Source: an uncultured virus (IMG/VR IMGVR_UViG_3300042808_000075)
Lineage: Duplodnaviria; Heunggongvirae; Uroviricota; Caudoviricetes
Virus record (IMG/VR): IMGVR_UViG_3300042808_000075
DNA: 63,304 bases
Strand: one strand, 5' to 3'
This document shows positions 57,801-63,304 of the stretch, piece by piece; position 1 is the first letter of the stretch, and every line of letters starts with the position of its first letter. A program made the position numbers and the translations under genes. The notes below the pieces were generated by a model. The model did no database searches and was not told the DNA's origin. It saw only the letters and a program-made list of their open reading frames with translations.

Positions 57801-58146
57801 ATTGTTAAAACCTAATTACAATTACACATATAAAGGTTTAAATACTAATCATTATTGTCAAAAACAGTTTGATTATATATGTAAATATTTAAATTTTGAT
57901 AAATTATATAAAGATTGGTTTATATACTTTAACAATAAAGAAACAGAAGATTGGTTTCATAAAACATATATAGAGGAAAATTGGCTAAAAAGTGTATATA
58001 ATGATTCACCAGAAGGTTATAAATGGTTAAAAAATAATTGGGGAAATGGTAAGTTTAAAATAGATATATGGTATCCAGACAAACAAGAATTTAAAACAGC
58101 AGTAAATAGGGTTATTAATACTAATTTAAAAAAGGACTATTTCTAG
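57790..58146 (+). CDS. ~118-aa repeat-family protein (array 4, last gene)
   Basis: Family motifs. Confidence 0.85.
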   Translation: MKIKLLKPNYNYTYKGLNTNHYCQKQFDYICKYLNFDKLYKDWFIYFNNKETEDWFHKTYIEENWLKSVYNDSPEGYKWLKNNWGNGKFKIDIWYPDKQEFKTAVNRVINTNLKKDYF

Positions 58147-58154
58147 TCCTTTTT
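58129..58154. terminator. bidirectional terminator ending array 4 and phoH
   Basis: AAAAAGGACTA/TAGTCCTTTTT. Confidence 0.8.
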
Positions 58155-58157
58155 GTA

Positions 58158-59540
58158 TTATTCATTATTTAAACGTTCTACCACGGCTTTAGCTAATTGA
58201 GAACGTACACACTCACTATCGTATAAATTAACAACTGCGCATAATTTATGCCCCTTCATTAATTCCGTAACATAAGATAATCCATTAGTACGTTGATCTA
58301 AATAAGGACTATCTATTTGAAATATATCGCCTAAGAAAACGATTTTTGTATTTTGACCTGCTCTAGATACAATCGCTTTAGCTTGCTTAATAGATAAATT
58401 TTGACTTTCATCTAAAATAACCAATGTATTACTGATTGATCTACCACGCAAAAAACCAACCGCTTGTGTATCAATGTATTTTCTATCAAATAATTCTTGG
58501 ATTCTATCTTGCAATTCATCTTCATATTTATACCTTGAACTTTCATCAGAATCCATTAATACTTCTAAATTATCATAAATACTTCTCATATAAGGTGCAA
58601 TTTTATCTTGTTCTGTACCGGGAAGATAACCTAAATCTTCATCCATTGTTACAGTAGGTCTACATATTAAAATCTTACGATATTTTTTTTCTTCCATTAC
58701 TTTTTCTAAACCACATGCTAATGATAAAAATGTCTTAGCTGTTCCTGCACTACCTTTAGCAATTACTAAAGGAATATCATCATCTAACAAGGCTTCTATT
58801 AAAAATCTCTGTCCACTATTTCTTGGAATAATATCCCACGGAGAACTATTGTCATATTGTAAAACAACGATTTCTCCATTGACATATTTACCCAATGCTG
58901 TATGTTTTTCATTTTCAAAAGACATTAAAAAAATGAACATATTTTCAAAAAAATCATTATGGTTAAAATTATAAAGGTTATTGTCTCTATATATATTAAA
59001 AACATTATCTTTTACAATAATTTTTTTATCTTGATAAAATTTATCAATAATTTCCTTATCCACATACAATGAAATTCTACCTTGATATTGGTCATCACAA
59101 ATAGGTGCTTGTTCTTTGGTAAAATCATTGGATGTGACACCAACAATATCAGCTTTAATTCGTTCTAAAATATCTTTGGTTACTAATGTTACACTATGTC
59201 CTTGTTTTTGTAATGCTTTACAAACCTGTAGTATTCGATTATCACTTTTTGATATTTCCCAATTGGTTGGTAGTTCTACATCTCTATGATTTAATTCTAC
59301 CCTTAACATACCACCATTATCCATCAGTACACCATCAGTAAGCGAACCCTTATTACGCAATACATCTAAATTACGTGCTACTTGTCGTGCATTAGCATTT
59401 AATTCTGTATTACCTTTTTTGAAGTTGTCTAATTCTTCAAGAACTGCTTCGGTAAGCACTACCATATTATCACCAAAAGAAAATAACGCTTCTGGGGATT
59501 GGAGTAGCACATTTGTATCTAGCACAAATGTTTTTTTCAT
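58158..59540 (-). CDS. phoH: PIN-PhoH family protein (YlaK/PhoH2-like)
   Basis: VLDTNVLL, EELD, DNRIL (PIN); G.AGTAKT, LGYLPG, RGRS, DESQN, GD..QID; start moved to MKKTF. Confidence 0.92.
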   Translation of the reverse strand: MKKTFVLDTNVLLQSPEALFSFGDNMVVLTEAVLEELDNFKKGNTELNANARQVARNLDVLRNKGSLTDGVLMDNGGMLRVELNHRDVELPTNWEISKSDNRILQVCKALQKQGHSVTLVTKDILERIKADIVGVTSNDFTKEQAPICDDQYQGRISLYVDKEIIDKFYQDKKIIVKDNVFNIYRDNNLYNFNHNDFFENMFIFLMSFENEKHTALGKYVNGEIVVLQYDNSSPWDIIPRNSGQRFLIEALLDDDIPLVIAKGSAGTAKTFLSLACGLEKVMEEKKYRKILICRPTVTMDEDLGYLPGTEQDKIAPYMRSIYDNLEVLMDSDESSRYKYEDELQDRIQELFDRKYIDTQAVGFLRGRSISNTLVILDESQNLSIKQAKAIVSRAGQNTKIVFLGDIFQIDSPYLDQRTNGLSYVTELMKGHKLCAVVNLYDSECVRSQLAKAVVERLNNE

Positions 59541-59629
59541 TGAGTTTTCCCCCAAGTATATGAAATTAAGATTATTCAAAAACAATCTCATTTTAAAAAT
59601 ATATTTTTTTGAAAAATACATTTACATTT

Positions 59630-60343
59630 TTAAAAATTTTTTTTCATATTTTTTATTTTTTGTAACATACGTTGTTTATCATCAAATATATTGTAAAAGT
59701 CTTCTAGTGTTTTTTCTTTAAAAAACAAATCTAAATCTTCATCTTTTAATAAAATGTCTTTTTTTATGTTTATTTTTACATCACTAATATCAGAAAATTT
59801 CTTAGCATTATTCATACCTATTTCACCAGCATTATCTGCATCATATAAAATATTAATGTTGTCACAATATCTTGATAATAAAACTAAATGTTCATAACTA
59901 AATTTTGTACCAAAAGAACTTACTACATTATCTAAACCATTTTGCCATGACATAATTACATCCATTTGACCTTCTGTGACAATAGCATGTTGTTTGACAG
60001 CTATATTGTATTTGTTTTGATATAACCCAAACAACGTTGTTGATGTTGGAAAAGAATAATGCAAGTATTTTGGTTTTAAAGCTGGATATACACTTCGACC
60101 TGCTATAGAAACTAAAATGCCATTAGAATCATAAATCGGAATAGTGATTCTACCTTCCATTTTTTTCATTTGATAATCTGTATTATTTTTTAAATAATTA
60201 AAAGGTAAATATCCTAATTTCCAAAATATAGCTGTATTTTTTTTTATCTTTCTAGTATTTAAATATTTTCTTCCAGATTTACCAAATTTACTATCAAATA
60301 ATAAATTATGATACAAATCTACTTGTTCTTCATAATTATTCAT
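59630..60343 (-). CDS. DNA primase catalytic core (Toprim) without Zn-binding domain
   Basis: YL..R.I, GRITIPI, AGR, KY, VTEG.MDV, GT, YDADNAG. Confidence 0.88.
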   Translation of the reverse strand: MNNYEEQVDLYHNLLFDSKFGKSGRKYLNTRKIKKNTAIFWKLGYLPFNYLKNNTDYQMKKMEGRITIPIYDSNGILVSIAGRSVYPALKPKYLHYSFPTSTTLFGLYQNKYNIAVKQHAIVTEGQMDVIMSWQNGLDNVVSSFGTKFSYEHLVLLSRYCDNINILYDADNAGEIGMNNAKKFSDISDVKINIKKDILLKDEDLDLFFKEKTLEDFYNIFDDKQRMLQKIKNMKKNF

Positions 60344-60560
60344 TATTCACAAAACTATAAAGTGCATTGATACTATCACAAGATATATAACAAGGAATAG
60401 GAAATATAGCTTCATTATTTTCAAAATAATTATATCTTATAATAATATTGCCATCACTTAATAATTCTTTCTTTGCATATAATTCTAAATTATCACCTAA
60501 ACGTCTAATCATAACATAATTGTCTTTAATATAAAATTCTTTTTTGTTATAACCTTCCAT
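60336..60560 (-). CDS. hypothetical protein
   Basis: ORF with SD GAGGT. Confidence 0.65.
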   Translation of the reverse strand: MEGYNKKEFYIKDNYVMIRRLGDNLELYAKKELLSDGNIIIRYNYFENNEAIFPIPCYISCDSINALYSFVNNE

Positions 60561-60569
60561 ACTTTACCT

Positions 60570-60926
60570 CTAAATGTTAACAATTTTATATTTATAATTA
60601 TGCAACTTTCCTGTTATAAAAATTCTTTCATCTTGAATGCCAATATTAAATAAATATGCTCCAACTTTACGACTAACTAAACAAACATCATTTTCTTTTA
60701 AGTTGTTTAAAATACTGTCTTTAACAATCATTAAAGTATTTAACTCTGATTCTTCATATAAAGAATAGACTGATTCTGGTTTAATTTCAACAATTTCTCG
60801 TTTTAAATTCTTTCCAACTTTTTGATGTGTTTTAGTTATTAAATATTTTTTAGTTGTTAATGATGTTAATACTTCATCACCATAAACATGATCTAATTCT
60901 TTTTCATATTTCATGTTATTCTTCAC
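60570..60926 (-). CDS. hypothetical protein
   Basis: ORF in operon. Confidence 0.65.
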   Translation of the reverse strand: MKNNMKYEKELDHVYGDEVLTSLTTKKYLITKTHQKVGKNLKREIVEIKPESVYSLYEESELNTLMIVKDSILNNLKENDVCLVSRKVGAYLFNIGIQDERIFITGKLHNYKYKIVNI

Positions 60927-61266
60927 TTTCCTTTAAATATAATGTTGTACCACTTAATAATGAAAACATAGTATGACATGTATCACACAATTTTGCTTTT
61001 TTCAAATTTATTTCTTTTATCTGAAAAAACATTTCTCCACAATAAGGACACAGTAAAATGTAGTTATATTTTATTATATTGTTTTTCTCTAACTTTTTAA
61101 TTATTTGTATAATAATTTCTTGTGATATACCATTAGTATTACATAATCTATTCAAACGATTTGTTAACCCTTTTATTCTAACACATTCTACTACAGAATC
61201 ATTAAAAATATCTATGATATCTTTAATTATAATATCCATATAAATATCATTTAACATTATTTCCAT
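60916..61266 (-). CDS. Zn-ribbon protein
   Basis: CPYC...CDTC. Confidence 0.7.
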   Translation of the reverse strand: MEIMLNDIYMDIIIKDIIDIFNDSVVECVRIKGLTNRLNRLCNTNGISQEIIIQIIKKLEKNNIIKYNYILLCPYCGEMFFQIKEINLKKAKLCDTCHTMFSLLSGTTLYLKESEE

Positions 61267-61609
61267 CCTCCCTGTTGTCTTTGTCTAAAATATCTATTAA
61301 CTCTAAAGATTGTTTGTATTTATCAATATCAATATCATGCAATTTTAAACATTGATGTGTTATTTCTAATTCTTTTCGTAAAGTTTGAACTTCTGTTGAT
61401 AAATAACTTATCAAAGAACATTGATAATTCATATCTCTTAACTTATCTGTTAAAATCCCGGTTTCATCAGAAGAATATACGTTTTGAAAATTGATGATTT
61501 GATGAATTTGTCTGTTTAATTGTTCTATTTGCAACGACAGTGTATGGTTCTTAACTGTTGTTTCACTTCTTAATTGAATTAACTGTTCATTAAAAGAATT
61601 TAAATCCAT
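61247..61609 (-). CDS. coiled-coil protein, paralog triad member
   Basis: KEL.IT..CLK..I...KYKQS.EL..ILDKDN. Confidence 0.75.
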   Translation of the reverse strand: MDLNSFNEQLIQLRSETTVKNHTLSLQIEQLNRQIHQIINFQNVYSSDETGILTDKLRDMNYQCSLISYLSTEVQTLRKELEITHQCLKLHDIDIDKYKQSLELIDILDKDNREDGNNVK

Positions 61610-61864
61610 TCAATAATCATCCCCGATTTCTTTATTATCTTTATCTAAAATTTCCATTAATTCTATAGATTGTTTGTATTTTTCGTAATCAATATTATGA
61701 AATTTTAAACATAAATGCGTTATTTTTAATTCTTTTTGAAGAATTAAAAATTGTGCTTGCAAATCTTCAACTTTTATTAACAAATTGTCAACACTGGTAG
61801 TATGAGAAATGGTAGACCATTGATTTGAATTTGATGGTCTAGATGTTATTATATTTGAAATCAT
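61610..61864 (-). CDS. coiled-coil protein, paralog triad member
   Basis: Same C-terminal motif. Confidence 0.75.
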   Translation of the reverse strand: MISNIITSRPSNSNQWSTISHTTSVDNLLIKVEDLQAQFLILQKELKITHLCLKFHNIDYEKYKQSIELMEILDKDNKEIGDDY

Positions 61865-62191
61865 TTAATTATCCCCAATTTCTTTATTATCTTTATCTAA
61901 AATTTCTATTAATTCTAAAGATTGTTTATATTTATCAATATCAATGTCATTCATTTTTAAACATTGATATGTTATTGTTAATTCTTTTTGAATATTTATA
62001 AGTTGATCTTGTAAATTTAAAACTTGTAATGCTAAACTATTTGTAGCGTAATAGCTATTTTTTATATTTTTCAAATCTTGTTTGAAATTTTCTGTTTCAC
62101 AATCTTGAAAACAATTATTGTTTTGATAGTTTATAATACCTTTAAGTTTATTTTCTAATGCAGATAACCTATTTAATATTTCGAAATACAT
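61865..62191 (-). CDS. coiled-coil protein, paralog triad member
   Basis: Same C-terminal motif. Confidence 0.75.
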   Translation of the reverse strand: MYFEILNRLSALENKLKGIINYQNNNCFQDCETENFKQDLKNIKNSYYATNSLALQVLNLQDQLINIQKELTITYQCLKMNDIDIDKYKQSLELIEILDKDNKEIGDN

Positions 62192-62250
62192 TTATATTCA
62201 TTCCTTTTTTGTTTTATTATAACAAAAAATAGTGTAATTAATCAATAGTA

Positions 62251-62280
62251 AAAAAGATGATTTTTTAAATCATCTTTTTT
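62251..62280 (-). terminator. terminator after recA
   Basis: AAAAAGATGATTT/AAATCATCTTTTT. Confidence 0.7.
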
Positions 62281-62284
62281 GTTA

Positions 62285-62816
62285 TTATTCAGTTATCTCT
62301 TCTATTTCTTTTTCAAATTCTTCATCTGTCATATTATCTAATTCATCATCTTCTTTTTCAGCTTCTTCAACAATATTCACTTCGCCGTTTTTGATTTTTT
62401 GCAAAAGAAAATCTTGGATTTTAGGATATTTTGCTAATTCAATTACAACTTCATCTTTTTTCTTTGCTTCTAAAGTTTCATCTTCAACGGTCAATCTATA
62501 AGTTCTACCAGTAGGAGAAATATTGTTTTTTGCATCATATTTGGGGATTAATCCATTTTTTAATGCAATGTCAGCAATTTGAGATACTAAACTTTGTTCT
62601 CTACCATCATAATAAATGGTAAATTCAGCTTTACGGAAAGGCGCAGAAACTTTAGACTTCTTAATATTCACCCTTATTGAGTGTCCAACAATAATTTCCT
62701 CTGTACCAAATTTTTCTTTAATATTTGAACTACCTACTTTTGATACTTCTACACGTACAGATGAGTAGAACTTCAGTGCCTTTCCACCAGTTGTTGTTTG
62801 AGGGTTTCCATACATT
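62285..62816 (-). CDS. recA: RecA 3' exon
   Basis: MYGNPQTTTGGKALKFYSSVR...KSKVSAPFRKAEFTIYY; N-terminal part absent and replaced by intron sequence. Confidence 0.9.
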
Positions 62817-63304
62817 CTAATCATTATTCTATAAGCTTTTTATCTTATAGCACTTATATTTATATAAGATGATTTGGACTATATCTTCATTATGATTATT
62901 TTAAATCATAATGCACTACACTCGTGGGATTTTACCATCCATATTATGGACTCCATATCCTAGTCTCTGAACCTATTATTTATTACTAAATAATTTGGTT
63001 GCGGATTGTTTTAAATTTAACGTTTTTACTATATCTTTGGAATTACCCATTGCCCTTATATTAATAAGTTAGTAGTTAAAAAAACAAACTTTCCCGCAAT
63101 TCATAGTGTTTTTTAATTGGAGCAATGTAATTGTATAAAATTTATTATTTTTTCTTCACATATTTTAACATTATTATATAAATCATTTTCCCATACATAA
63201 ATAACAAAATAACCTTTAGATTTAAGAAAACTATCTTTTCTTTTGTCTTTTTCAGATATTTTTTCTTGCATTTTGTTTAATTTTTTATATTTACTAGGGT
63301 TTCC
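62817..63304 (-). ncRNA. group I intron in recA (5' part beyond window)
   Basis: Minus-strand core elements in order: P AUUGCGGGAA (63091-63100), Q AAUCCGCAACC (62997-63007), R GUUCAGAGACUA (62961-62972), S AAGAUAUAGUCC (62876-62887); likely terminal G at 62817. Confidence 0.9.
63113..63304 (-). CDS. intron-encoded Vsr/DUF559-like homing endonuclease, C-terminal fragment
   Basis: GNPSKYKKLNKMQEKISEKDKRKDSFLKSKGYFVIYVWENDL: D..K...L...G..V..VWE signature. Confidence 0.8.
   Translation of the reverse strand, partial: GNPSKYKKLNKMQEKISEKDKRKDSFLKSKGYFVIYVWENDLYNNVKICEEKIINFIQLHCSN

Larger units (their letters stand above)
53482..58146 (+). repeat. tandem paralog array 4 (13 copies, inverted relative to arrays 1-3)
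   Basis: Thirteen adjacent ORFs with the family motifs. Confidence 0.95.

Noticed and set aside
9790..58146. Diversity-generating retroelement as the source of repeat-family variation
   Set aside because: No reverse transcriptase or template repeat in the window; differences include indels and do not look restricted to adenines. It cannot be excluded for the rest of the genome.
6081..59721. Short antisense or nested ORFs in the track (e.g. 6081, 6499, 8723, 18026, 27778, 37493, 46106, 58436, 59419)
   Set aside because: They overlap well-supported genes and lack SD sites or recognisable motifs
62817..62824. ATG at 62824 as start of a truncated RecA
   Set aside because: It lies in the 3' end of the group I intron; the ORF is an exon
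1..63304. Stop-codon reassignment, tRNA or rRNA genes
   Set aside because: Genes are full-length under code 11 and end in TAA, TAG and TGA; no tRNA or rRNA signature seen by eye

Overview
Very AT-rich, densely coding segment of what is most likely a large (jumbo) tailed phage of a Firmicutes host. This is inferred from sigmaA-type TTTACA-N17-TATAAT promoters, strong Shine-Dalgarno sites, virion genes, PhoH, primase, a RecA split by a group I intron, and no bacterial housekeeping operons. The dominant feature is one uncharacterised ~118-aa protein family present in 41 copies in four tandem, translationally coupled arrays (about a quarter of the window). The copies share a fixed scaffold, differ in aromatic-rich variable segments, and swap blocks between arrays. 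The window also holds a translation/RNA-maintenance set: an ArfA/BrfA-like peptide with a terminator before its stop codon, a GGQ release-factor domain and a degenerate CCA-adding enzyme (both apparently ATT-initiated), an RNA ligase and YqeY. Other content includes NADAR and TARG1-like macrodomain genes, NAD kinase, a solo TnpB, a Ycf46/Ycf35/DUF2997 module, a GSP-synthase/DUF350 module, a MoxR-type ATPase/VWA pair, a NusG N-domain, and a 1.1-kb ORF-free region with two consensus promoters and long palindromes. All family calls are from motif recognition only; no database search was run.
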